A DNA stretch of 64,000 nt from Neodothiora populina (GCF_041146345.1 NW_027191413.1:310001-374000), one strand, 5' to 3'; shown: positions 47,505-58,936, counted from the stretch's first letter. Numbers and translations are program-made. Notes: generated by a model from the sequence alone, not told the origin.

Positions 47505-48604
47505 CTACGAAGGACCTGAGCTGCTACGTCCGAGGGGTAGGCCGCCAAAGTCTCCACTAGCGAAAGTGATGTGATCAATGGGATCATCCATATCATGGTC
47601 CTCCTTGAAATCTTCGATGTTCTGGACTTCCTCATCAGCAACAATTCTGTGGAGGCAATGCTCTACGAGCATGTCTTCAGTTTCGTGGACGATGCCATGG
47701 TCCCGCTTTAGGTGCTGCTTGAAACCCCTAATCCCTTTCGCCAGTGACTCAGTAGATCTGAAAGTGTTGCTACCACATTCTGAACATCTAAGTTCAACCC
47801 ATACACCATCGGGCCTAAGCACTATGCTTGGTGCTTTACGGACAAATTGTCCGATTTTGTAGCCACGTATTTCAGCCTGGCACTTGGAAGTTGTGCTGAG
47901 ATGTTGTTGGGTCACCTCGATATCGCTGGCGTCGAGCTCATCCGGTACAGTGCGTCTGACTTTGGGAGGGCGATGGCTGCTAGTTCTTGAAAGTGTCCTC
48001 TTCGTGCATTGTGGGGTCTGAAGAGAGCGCTCCAATTTAGGATGAGTAGGTGCCCTCCTGAGCACCAGCGGGTCGTCATCGTCGTCGCTATCTGCCATCA
48101 TGTTTATGCTGACTGGACCATTATCGTTCTGGCTGATGAACAAAGGTGACTCGTCATGATCGTGACGGGCTTGTGCTTCATCACGAATGTGCGAATTGTC
48201 GTTGCAGTTGCCGAAGCAGCCGTCTCGATTGCGCTCCGCTGCAATTGAGCTCACTACAGCTTGCAAGGCATCCTTACACTCAAGCAATGCTGCTTCCTCC
48301 TTATCAGCGAGTGCTGTATGATAAACTCTTATGAGATCCTGTATAGAGGCGGTTAGTTGGCTGCCAGTGAGATTACAGCGAAGCATGTAGCCTGGCCAAG
48401 GAAAACCCTCACAAGGCGTAGCTTCTTGATACTGGACAGCTTGCGCATGGCTGCGCCTTCAATGTTGTCGTAGTCATCCTTTGCCTGCGCGAGGGCACGT
48501 TGTGCCTCTGCTAAGCGACTTTTGGCATTGTTTAATGGGTCAGAAGCCTCGATCTCCATCTTCAACAAATCAGCTAGCGCCTCGATGTACATATGATCTT
48601 CCAT
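47505..48604 (-). CDS. Hypothetical protein B (~341 aa), paralogue of A: coiled coil + one long-spacer C2H2 module; exons 48604-48413, 48338-47505
   Basis: GTGAGG..CTAAC..CAG intron joins two ORFs in frame; RPDGVWVELRCSECG...H....H module shared with A. Start codon uncertain. Confidence 0.72.
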
Positions 48605-49666
48605 CTGCACCTTCGTGAGCTGACATGTTCGATATCTGGAAGAGTACGGTAGCAGACCTTTGGCTGAGACAGCCGAGAAAGGCCTCCTCTGATCCTATGT
48701 TATCCTGTGATACTAGAAGAGCATCTATATCTGTAGCGATAGCGATTGAAGTACAAGTGGCGTACGTGAAGTCCTAATGTCTACACACCAAGGTGATCAG
48801 GACATGATCAAGTGGTGTACACGCGGACACTGATGTCAACTCATCTACAAACAGCGCATAAACAAACAAGACCCTGATCCAGGAACATGGTGTCGAGCCT
48901 GCAAGTCCCAACGATTTCGAGATACCAAGCTAGGAACTTGCAACGAACGTGGAAATCAATTGAACATTCTCGCAGCACCTACATTCTCTTATAAGCCAGC
49001 TGAGAGCCATATTAGCATTTCATCTTCTGTATCCGTGAAGTAGAGAAACCTACCTGGCTTAATCCGGTAGCTATGACATCTACTCTATTCATGTATCATG
49101 CTTTGCTCCATAACATTGTCAAACCTCCGTATGTTTTTGGATGTCAGGAGTACAGAGGTGAGGCTTATTCATAACCATGTGCAGTATCTGATGTCTTACA
49201 TATACTGTCAGGATACAACCTCAACACTGTGATGACACTACTGATCTTATTGGCTGAAGTGCAAATAGTAAAGGGAAGTGGCAAAGCTTGCCAAGGTTAA
49301 TGTGGTGCTTGGGATGTAAGATATTGTAGCTTGAAATGCTGATTTTCATTCTTTAGGCAGGAGACAATTTAATGAAAGTAACGTGCAGGCTTGAAAGCAC
49401 TGAGACCTACTAAAGGCATCTGAACGCCTTGTTATGCAGATATGCAAAAGGTTCACGACCATACGATTTTCCACCCTTGCCAACCCATTTCCCTAGTCCA
49501 AGTCCACCAAGTCCATTAATCATTATTCAATTCCCGCAATGCAAGTTCGTTATCCATTAAGCCGTCCATTTTGGTCCAAGATCGTGCTGCAGTATCGAGC
49601 CGATCTTTATGCACATTCATCGAGATGAGCGCTTTCTGCGTCCATGTGTCAAACCACTCAAGGGGT

Positions 49667-50137
49667 TTAACAGTAGATGTTGGCGGAAGTTTCGTTGACC
49701 CACTGTCCGTCGATGGCAGGGACGAAGTCGTCTGGGGTGAGGTAGGTTCCGAACATGACACAACCGACTGAAAGTACGCCTCCTGTAGTGCCATAATAAC
49801 CCTTGGGAGTAGGTGCATTGTTGGCGAAGACGACACTCTTGCAGCCAGTGACAGAATTGCATTGCTCTAGGCAGCCCTCGTAACGTTTGTTGTAAGTGTA
49901 GAAGTCAGGCTGCTCGAGGTAGTAAGAGTAAACAGTCTGGTTCATGACGGCATCCGAGGGCTTCCAGCTGTTGACGGTGCCGTTGCCAGGGTGGTCTGAT
50001 GCATGTGGAAGAGCATTGATCAGAGTGCAATTTGCAGGAATCGGAGAGAAGGCAGGTCCGCCAGCTCTAGGCTTGAGGGGCGAAGCCACTGCGAGAAGCG
50101 GCAGGACGGCAGATGTGAGGAGAATAGAGAACAGCAT
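49667..50137 (-). CDS. Small secreted Cys-containing protein, 156 aa (PAN/apple-like Cys spacing)
   Basis: Signal peptide MLFSILLTSAVLPLLAVA; CLEQC....GCKSV...C; six Cys; TATAAA upstream near 50221. Confidence 0.8.
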   Translation of the reverse strand: MLFSILLTSAVLPLLAVASPLKPRAGGPAFSPIPANCTLINALPHASDHPGNGTVNSWKPSDAVMNQTVYSYYLEQPDFYTYNKRYEGCLEQCNSVTGCKSVVFANNAPTPKGYYGTTGGVLSVGCVMFGTYLTPDDFVPAIDGQWVNETSANIYC

Positions 50138-51712
50138 GGTGATGATATGCTTGGGTTGGGTTTGATTGTAATTTAGTGTAGAGGGTATTTTTGTGATGTA
50201 GAGGAAAGCACAGGTTGAGTTTTATATGTGCTTTAGTAGCAAGTATGAACCAAGCTGAGTCGATTTATATATGGTATGTCGGGCTTAGGAGTGAAGAGGA
50301 GAAGGCTGAAGAGTGAATCAGGGTTTTGCTTGCTTCGAAAGATACAGTGTGATGAGTTGATTTACCTTCAAAACAGCGACGGGGTGATGTGCCTTTTGTA
50401 AAATGTGAAGGCTTCTTGGTTCGCGTTGCGACAGTGAGGTACCAACCAGACGTCACTGCTATATTGGGAAGCATCTGCAAGAATTTTGTATCCGTGCAGA
50501 AGCCGTCTGGGTCAAGCAGGGGAACTCTCGTGCCAGATCTCATTGCTGACTGGGCAAGTTCCTTTCCGCACAGCACACTACATGTCCGCCTTGATGATCA
50601 TTGGATGTCACAGGGCGATGAGGGCGCACTAGCAGGGTCCGTCAGGGCACTTGCATACTTCGCCCCAAAGCCAAAGCTAGAAAATCATCCGTACTGCGGC
50701 TGGCAGCCGCATATTTTCTAGCTCAGTTACATCCAAGGCCCAACCAGGGTCTCTGAAAACGCTCATGCATGACGAATACTGGATGTTCATGTTCAAGATA
50801 GCTGAGGTCAAAGTTTCCGACTGGAATGAGTCGAGTGGTATAGCTGGTGGCACGTTTACTGTTTTGGTTTCACCGCTCTGTTGCTTCTCCCGCGTGGCTT
50901 GACACGTGAGTAGATTCTCTGAGCGTGGATTGCATGGCTGGTGAAACTCACACAGGCAAGCATTGTACCTCGATCCTGAGCTATAATTGAAACTCCCGGC
51001 CTCTCCGTTACCAGCCTGCGGAATGGTATTGGACTTGTGTTCAGAAGGGTTGCCTTTTCGTGTTCAAAGGGTGAAGTAGAGACGCAACATTCCATTCTGC
51101 TATCGTGTATGCCGACTGTTCTAAAAGTGGCGTCTCTCCTGTTGTATCGTTCTCCGCACCCGTTGAGACTGAGACGTCACTCTGCAACGCTGATGAGTTC
51201 ATCTTCCGCGACCATGGCCTTTTACCTTCTCCCTTAATGCAAGGGAGTTGTCGTGAGAGAATCCAAAGCAAATATGCCCAAGTCGCGAAACGCTCGTGCA
51301 TCTCGTGACCTCATGCGAGGCTCATGAGATAGAACGCGTGTGGATTTCGTGCGGTGAAGATAAGAGAAACACACAATGATGGATATGGTACAGTGGTTGA
51401 TGGAGTACAAGACATCGAGTCGGAGATAAAATCGTGGATCACAGAATCTAAGGTAAGGTAATCAGCCAAACCCGTGTTCTGGTACGGCAAACAGGTGCTA
51501 CAGTAGGCTATGCCGGGGAAACCTCCACATCCTTATCTCCGTGCCGATATGGTCTTCTCGTCGGTTTATCGATTCATGAATCGGGATATACGATAACACA
51601 TATCTAGCTCATCCGTGGAATCCATTTGCAGCAGCAGCAGTCCTTGTATCTATCAATAGAACGTCAGCATCTGCCTCCTTGTGAGGTGTTTGGTCCATCT
51701 GCACCCCTCCAA

Positions 51713-53101
51713 ATGTCACTTTCCACACGTCCGCAAGTTCTAGATGCTACCTTCACAACGAGGTTCAGTAGCTTGAAGTCGGTAGCATTGCGTCATAGAC
51801 GCTGTGTTACTACACCTGCAATTGTCAGCAATGGCAATAATAATACCAGGATATCCTTTCAAGGCTGGGGCGTCGTTCGAGGACCGCATACACCTCAGCT
51901 CAAATCATTTGATTCTTTAGTCACACTTCCATCCCAAGTGAGATTCAAATCGCACAAGCCCAAAATGACGGAATCGTCCCAGAACCCACTGTCCGGCCTC
52001 TGGAAACCAAGCCACTTGCAGCAGCTCTTCTACGGATCCGACTCGGTGAAACAGCATCTTTTGGAGTGTCTGCCGAGCGAGACTTCCAAGGCGTTCATCA
52101 TCACTGGATCGTCTCTCGCGAACAAAACACCTCTGATCAAATCCGTTGAATCTATTCTCGGCTCCCGCCACGCGGGTACCTTCTCCGACATCAAGCAACA
52201 TGCTCCGGTAGCACAATTAGACCAAGCGACGGAGCTCGTACTCAAAGACTCCAATATCGCCACCATCATCAGCGTCGGTGGCGGAAGTCCCATCGACTCC
52301 GCCAAAGCAATCTCTCACCGTTGCAACGAGAAGAACGGCAAGTTTCTCCACCATGTCAGCATTCCTACCACCTTGAGCGCAGCGGAATGCACCATGCTAG
52401 CCGGGTTCACGAACGAAGACGGCCAGAAGACGGGTGTCAGAGGTCCGGAATTGCCTCCTCACGCCATCATCTACGACTCCAAGTTCGCGCTCGAGACACC
52501 ACCTCATCTATGGCTATCGACGGGACTGAGAGCGCTAGACCACGCAATGGAGCTCATGTACCACCCGACAGCATCAGAGATGCCCTGTCGCCAGCTCGCC
52601 CTGATAGCAGCCGGCGACCTCTTCACGAACCTCCCGAAATACAAAGCAAACCCCAAAGACGAAGACGCCATCACGCGCCTGCAACTGGCCTCGTACGCCT
52701 CCCTAGGCTTCATCGGCTACAACCTCAAAGGCGGCCTAGGACTCAGTCACGCGCTGGGCTACGCCCTCGGCTCGCCCTACAGCATCCCCCACGGCGTCAC
52801 AAGCTGCCTCACCCTCGGCCACGTCGTCAAGCTCAAGGCGAGCATGGACGCGGCCTCGGCGAGCCAGATCGCACGAATGTGCCCGTTCGTGGGCGTGCAG
52901 CGCACCGGCGACGACGCCAAGGACGGACAGGCTGTCGGACAGGCCATTCTGGATCTCGTCGAGAGCATCGGCGAGAAGACGGATTTGAAGACGTATGGAG
53001 TCGGCGAGGATCAGAAGGGGGTTATCGCGAAACTTGCGACGCAGAGTGAAAGCGGCCCGCTTTATGATGCTGTTTATAAACTTGTCGAGGGGCTTTATTA
53101 G
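51713..53101 (+). CDS. Iron-containing (type III) alcohol dehydrogenase / maleylacetate-reductase-like; in-frame ATGs at 51713 and 51965
   Basis: GGGSPIDSAK, IPTTLSAAE, ALDHAME, GLSHALG...IPHG. Confidence 0.88.
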   Translation: MSLSTRPQVLDATFTTRFSSLKSVALRHRRCVTTPAIVSNGNNNTRISFQGWGVVRGPHTPQLKSFDSLVTLPSQVRFKSHKPKMTESSQNPLSGLWKPSHLQQLFYGSDSVKQHLLECLPSETSKAFIITGSSLANKTPLIKSVESILGSRHAGTFSDIKQHAPVAQLDQATELVLKDSNIATIISVGGGSPIDSAKAISHRCNEKNGKFLHHVSIPTTLSAAECTMLAGFTNEDGQKTGVRGPELPPHAIIYDSKFALETPPHLWLSTGLRALDHAMELMYHPTASEMPCRQLALIAAGDLFTNLPKYKANPKDEDAITRLQLASYASLGFIGYNLKGGLGLSHALGYALGSPYSIPHGVTSCLTLGHVVKLKASMDAASASQIARMCPFVGVQRTGDDAKDGQAVGQAILDLVESIGEKTDLKTYGVGEDQKGVIAKLATQSESGPLYDAVYKLVEGLY

Positions 53102-53381
53102 GATGTGAGAGAGTGTGGTCGGGTGGTTATTAGCATTTGCTTCTTGCTCATAGTTACCGATAACACATGTCGCGCATCCCCTCAGGTAGAAAGTAGCAAA
53201 GCGCATTTGACATCCCACAACACCTGCGCTTGAAAGTAGAAAGTAAAGACAGACCTCCCGCGCAAAGAATCCGAACACCGTTGCTCATCGCCCACCATAG
53301 ACATACGGATACAACAAAGGGCCACCATCAGACGGAACCCTCAAAGCGAAAAGCGATAGAGAAAAGAAAGAAGAAAAATCA

Positions 53382-55394
53382 TCATCGCCACGCAGGACTA
53401 CTGCCCAACCCCCTACTGCCAGCGCCTCCACTAGCGAGACTCGGCGCGCTCTCAAACTCCATTTCCCACTCGTCGACTTCTTGAAAGAAGCGCTTTGCGT
53501 CGCTGAGATTACCGCTTAGCAGGGCCGAGCCTCCCTTTCTACTTTTATTGTTGCTGTTGTCTTTGATGGTCTCGATGCTCGTGTCCGGAGGCGTGTTGTC
53601 TTCGCTTTCGAGCTCTGTGAGAGACGACGAGTAGGTTGGGTTTGTGTTGGTCGTGGGTCTGTTGGGCGCAGCGGTGTTTTCTTTGTCTGAGGATGACAAG
53701 GACGATGTTGCGTCTGATGAAATGGTTATCGCGGCGGCGCGAGAGTAGGTTTTCTTTCCTTGGGGTTTGCCACCGCCAGAGCCCGTTCGTTGATTTCGTG
53801 CCGAGGTGACATTGGTCGAGCTCTTTTTCGTTGGCTTGGTGTTGTTGTTTCGTCGTCGAGGGTGTCCGAAGACGCTCTCGTCGCTGTGGAGTTCTGAGAG
53901 CGAAGACGAGGACGGGATGTCGTACTCGCTGCGGTCCGCTTCCGCGGCTCGTTGGATCCGGCGTTTGGGGAGCATGGCCCGCAAAGTTGCTGTTGTGAGA
54001 GGCTTCGGCTTGGCTGATGGATGGTCACGTGTGGTCCGAGTAGTATTTGGGGATATCAAAGGTCTGGGCGATGCTGCACTGAGAGACATAGGAGACGCAG
54101 GAGGAGATGAGGACATTGGATCGGCATAGGTAGAGCTGAGTTGGCTTTGATGAGGAGATTGCTGAGATGCCTCCGGAGCTGAGGCCGGAATTCTCTCGGT
54201 CAGGTCATCGTCCAATGCATCTGACTGGAGAGCAGGTGACAGCGGTGACGAAGCTCGGTGCGATGGCGGTGCTTGCGATTGTGGAACCTGAATTGCAAAT
54301 GGGAGATGGTCGCCACCTTGCTCCTCCAAAACGTCTGACTTGCGTTTTCGGGTGGATCTCGGGGTTTGTATCGGCGTTGCTCCGTACAAGCTATCTTCAT
54401 CGTCGTTTATGACAGGGGACTGCGGCTGTAGTGACTGAGAAGGTCGAGATGCGGACTTTGACCGTGAACTTCGACCGGTTGTGGGCGGAACGGGCACTTC
54501 TGCTCTGTTCGTTTTTGAGACTTGCAGAGGGGTGGATTCATCATGCGGAGCAAAATCGTCCTCGTCGTCGCTCGCTCCAAGAGAGAAATCAGAGGTGTCG
54601 TCCCCAACTTCACGCGCCAAGTCAGGATTTTGGACCATCTGCAGCAGACTGGGCTGGCGTGGTCGACGGCGAAAGTTTGGCAGTGCGAGTACACTTCTAT
54701 CAGCGCCAGGCGTGCTCTGCACCCTCAAGGTAGACTCTCGACGAGTGGCCGTCCCCGGTGCTGCCTTTTGCGCCGAGGGAGGCGCTCTCTGTGCTGTTGA
54801 CTGTGCGTGGGTTGTAGGTGAAATGTTGGTTGGTGGTAATGCGGGCGCCGCCTCGACTTCTGCTGCAGCTGCTATGTCCTTTTCGACTTGTCTACTCCTC
54901 CCCGCTTGTGTCTTTGCTGGAACAGTTGCGGGAGCATTGCCCTCTTCTAGAGCCCTGGTGTCGGCCTCCATCCGCTGCTTCAGTGCCTCGAGAACCGCAG
55001 TGTCAACCTGACTCTTGACCATCTTTTTGGCCCTACGACCTGGTCTGGCGCCTCTTAGTGGTGCATCTTTGGGCGCTGCTTCCTCTGCTCGTGTTGTTCC
55101 TATTTGGACAGCATTTTCCTCTGGTTGTACGACGCGTCTTGTTCGTGTGGTTCTAGCGGTGACAGCAGAGGCATCTTCCGGACTGGCGGGGATGGCCAAA
55201 TCGTTGCTCGCTCTCGAACGAGTGTTTCGGGTTCCCGAGGTTCTCAATTGAGGGCGTGGAGTCGTGTTCTCGCTCTCTTCTGCTGTCAACCTCGTCGTGT
55301 CTCTAGTTGCAGTGCGCGATCGCGTGGCTTTTGCTGCAGGCGCAGTCGTGGTTGACGCGCTTTTTGCAGTCGTCCTGGCGCGTTTGGGAGGCAT
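53382..55394 (-). CDS. Low-complexity nuclear protein, putative sororin (Sor1)-like cohesin regulator, 670 aa
   Basis: Disordered S/T/R-rich body, KEN box (53676-53684), C-terminal KRFFQEVDEWEMEFE resembling the sororin C-terminal motif. Confidence 0.65.
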   Translation of the reverse strand: MPPKRARTTAKSASTTTAPAAKATRSRTATRDTTRLTAEESENTTPRPQLRTSGTRNTRSRASNDLAIPASPEDASAVTARTTRTRRVVQPEENAVQIGTTRAEEAAPKDAPLRGARPGRRAKKMVKSQVDTAVLEALKQRMEADTRALEEGNAPATVPAKTQAGRSRQVEKDIAAAAEVEAAPALPPTNISPTTHAQSTAQRAPPSAQKAAPGTATRRESTLRVQSTPGADRSVLALPNFRRRPRQPSLLQMVQNPDLAREVGDDTSDFSLGASDDEDDFAPHDESTPLQVSKTNRAEVPVPPTTGRSSRSKSASRPSQSLQPQSPVINDDEDSLYGATPIQTPRSTRKRKSDVLEEQGGDHLPFAIQVPQSQAPPSHRASSPLSPALQSDALDDDLTERIPASAPEASQQSPHQSQLSSTYADPMSSSPPASPMSLSAASPRPLISPNTTRTTRDHPSAKPKPLTTATLRAMLPKRRIQRAAEADRSEYDIPSSSSLSELHSDESVFGHPRRRNNNTKPTKKSSTNVTSARNQRTGSGGGKPQGKKTYSRAAAITISSDATSSLSSSDKENTAAPNRPTTNTNPTYSSSLTELESEDNTPPDTSIETIKDNSNNKSRKGGSALLSGNLSDAKRFFQEVDEWEMEFESAPSLASGGAGSRGLGSSPAWR

Positions 55395-56125
55395 TGCGAC
55401 GCGTAGACGAAGAATGTTGATGGTCTAGCGGGACAGTTTCCTTGTCGAGCGGTAAAGAATGGTGCGCTCCAGGTGCTCACAAATGCGACAAGAAAGTCCT
55501 CGAGGCTGCAACACTTCTCTGCTCTTCTCCAACCTAATGGAACGTAACTTCTATGACGCGGCAGTGAGAGAGCGCGTTATTTTGTGCTAGCCCCATCTGG
55601 GAGTCTTGGCGCTTCTGTCTCCCCCACCATCTGTTCACGCTGTCACGCTTCGCCACCTCCATACTAAAGTGCCTCGAAGTTGTATACCATCATTCGAAGA
55701 TGATCCGGGCATAGGTAGGTTGATCGGAATGACTCAGCAAGCATCTGTCGCATAACAACAGTGTCGATGCAGACATATAGGCCCTCATCGGGTTTGGATG
55801 GAGCCTGTCCACTGGGTTCATGTTCGGGTTCACATAACTCCGCCACCTGTGGTGACGGGTACAGTAAGCGACATGACAAGTCGTGGGAGGAGCATACATC
55901 GAGTACTGTAATCTGCGGCATCGTACTACAACTGTGTCTCGCTACAGTATATGCAGCAGTAAACATCTAGCAAAATCTTCACCATTATTATTCCATTAAA
56001 CCTCTTCGATACACGAGTTCTGGTACCGCCAAGCTTCGTCCGTGCTGGTGGCAGCTCGTCTGACCATACTTTACCTTCCGTATCAGGTCAAGCTGTGTAA
56101 TTATAATCCACCACAACCTTCACTC

Positions 56126-58341
56126 ATGTCAAGGAATATTTTTGCGCCCTTGACGAATATAATCTATCGATCTCGTCCCTCCACTTCTTTTTTACATACG
56201 GCAACCATGCATCGATCCCCCGCTGCCATTCTCAAGCATCCTATCCCCAGTGACGTCGACACGTCGATCCATCAGCCAAGAGACCCCAACACCCTGAGCA
56301 ACTATAATGCCTGGAGGACTAAACATGTGACTGCAAACCTGGAAGTTGACTTCAAGGCGAGAAAGGTAGCTGGATCTGTCAAGCATGACATGAAAAGACT
56401 TGCCAAAGGCGTGCGAGAAATCGTGCTCGACACCAGGTCAGTGACGTAACAATATATCTCCCTGTGCGAAACAGCTATGAGTAGTGAATGTCATCTTTGC
56501 ATTGTCCTTGTAAAGTTCCATGCCGAGAACCTCATGGGCGAGAAGAAGGATCTGCTAGATGCAGACAAAGAAAGACAACTTGGACTGACTTGACTGAAAG
56601 TTTCATCGACGTCACCGATGTCAAGATTGCTGGAAAGAAAGCAAGCTGGAAGATTGCCGAGCGCTCTGAGCCATATGGCAGCCCCTTGACCATTGACGTG
56701 CCTGACGACATCGAGCATGCCGACCTTGAGATTGTATTGTCCACTACGGACAAGTGTACAGCGCTTCAGTGGATGACGCCAGAGCAGACTGGCAACGGCA
56801 GACACCCCTACATGTTCTCGCAATGTCAAGCCATTCATGCCCGGTCTCTCTTCCCTTGCCAGGACACTCCGGATGTGAAGGCTACATACACCTTCAACAT
56901 TCGCTCTCCCCTGCCAGTGCTTGCCTCTGGACTACCTACAGGATCGAAGTTGTTCGAGGCAGGCAAGAACGGCGAGCCAGGTACCTTGCTCTACACTTTC
57001 AACCAGGAACTCCCCATGCCTTCGTATCTATTCGCTCTTGCGTCAGGAGACCTCGCATCCGCATCCATTGGCCCTCGAAGTCAGGTCTGGACCGGTCCCG
57101 AGGAGCTCGTCAGCAGTCAGTGGGAGCTTGAGAGCACCGAAAAGTTCATCCAAGCAGCCGAGAAGATTGTGTACCCCTACGCCTGGACGACGTACAACGT
57201 CCTTGTGCTCCCTCCGTCTTTCCCATACGGTGGCATGGAGAACCCCATTTTCACTTTCGCCACCCCAACCATCATCTCAGGCGATCGTCAAAACATTGAC
57301 GTCATCGCACACGAATTGGCACATTCATGGTCCGGAAACCTTGTGAGCAATGCTAGTTGGGAGCACTTTTGGCTAAATGAGGGCTGGACTGTCTATCTTG
57401 AACGTAGGATCATGGCTGCACTCCACGGCGAACCGCACCGTGACTTCTCGGCGATTATTGGCTGGAAGGCTCTGACAGACAGCATCAACAATTACGGTGA
57501 AGACCACGAATATACCAAGCTCATTCCCGACCTCAAGGGCAAGGATCCGGACGATGCATTCTCGAGCATTCCCTACGAGAAGGGTTTCAACTTTCTTTAC
57601 CATTTAGAGAAGCTGATTGGACAGGAGAAGTGGGATAAATTTGTCCCCAGCGTGAGTCTTGCTGCTAGCTAGTAATGAAAACAGACGAGAAAGCTAACAG
57701 AGTCTTGCCAGTACTTCACCACATGGAGAGAAAAGTCCCTCGACTCCTACGACTTCAAGTCGACCCTGCTCGACTTCTTCGCGAAAGACGCCGAAGCCAG
57801 CAAGAAGCTCGCAGACCTAGACTGGGACACATGGTTCTACAAGCCCGGCTTCCCGCCCAAGCCAGACTTCGACACCTCAATGGTAGACGTGTGCTACTCC
57901 CTCGCCTCGAAATGGGAAGCCCTGAACACCGGCTCCTCTTCCTCTTCTTTCCAGCCCAAAGCAAGCGACATCGAAGGCTGGTCAGCGAACCAGAGCGTCG
58001 TCTTCCTCGAGTCGATCCAAACAATGACCTCGCCCCTGAAGCCCGAGCTGGTTGACCTAATGGGCAAAACGTACGGCTACGCACAGAGCAAAAACGTCGA
58101 GCTCGTCTCGCGATACTACGTCGTAGGCCTCAAGGCGAAAGACAAGAGCGTCTACCAGGGCGCCGCGGACCTGCTGGGCACAGTCGGGCGCATGAAGTTT
58201 GTCAGACCTCTGTACAGAGGCTTATTGGAGTGCGACGAGAAGCTCGCCAAGGCGACGTTCGAGAAGTACAAGGCGTTCTATCACCCGATCTGTAAGGGTA
58301 TGGTCGAGAAGGACTTGTACGGACACGGCAAGGGGGGTTGA
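56126..58341 (+). CDS. LAP2: Leukotriene A4 hydrolase / leucine aminopeptidase 2 (M1); exons 56126(or 56207)-56436, 56601-57651, 57712-58341
   Basis: RDPNTLSNY, FSQCQAIHARS, PYGGMENP, HELAHSW...NEG (HExxH-x18-E), PYEKG, GRMKFVRPLY. Confidence 0.94.
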
Positions 58342-58743
58342 GATCGGCTTGGATGTCATATGCAAGAAAACAAAGGACGATTTAAGCTTCTAATATAAAC
58401 ACACATGTATTCAGTAGAGAAGAACCCAATGAAGGAAGAACCCAATGAAAAGAAGAGAAAAAAGCATTAAACTTCTACCACTGAGACTACCCTCCCTTAC
58501 CTTACCTCACATACTGGTATGCCTTCCGTCCTCTGCACATGCTAGGTAGCTACCTCAATGGCTTTACTATCCCTCGTGACGGAAGAGGCAGCATTACAAC
58601 TCATCGTCACAAGGCCGCCTCGGGGATAGATCATACATACGTGCATGCATATATGGATCCTTGCCCCTCCCTTTCCCCGCATTTTGGTTCGAGGTGTGTG
58701 AATTAGTGCACTGAGTGAGTGAATGAAAGACTGAGCGATAACC

Positions 58744-58806
58744 GAGTAAGCGAGTCAATAGAGTAAGCGAGTAAGCGAGTCATCAGAGTAAGCGAGTAAG
58801 CGAGTA
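58744..58806. repeat. Interrupted (GAGTAAGC)n array between convergent LAP2 and FAA1
   Basis: Five GAGTAAGC copies with GAGTCAATA / GAGTCATCA spacers. Confidence 0.85.
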
Positions 58807-58936
58807 CCCAGCAACGGCCCTCACTCCCCTTGTCCATGACTGAATCCTGATATCTATCGCAGACTAGAAGGAAGTACTGCGTAAAGACAGAGATAAACAT
58901 GTGCAGCGAGTGGGTGAGTGATCGTCGTGGGATAAG

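Noticed and set aside
58744..58806. CRISPR-like or telomere-like array
   Set aside because: 8-nt unit without unique spacers, eukaryotic context, not TTAGGG.
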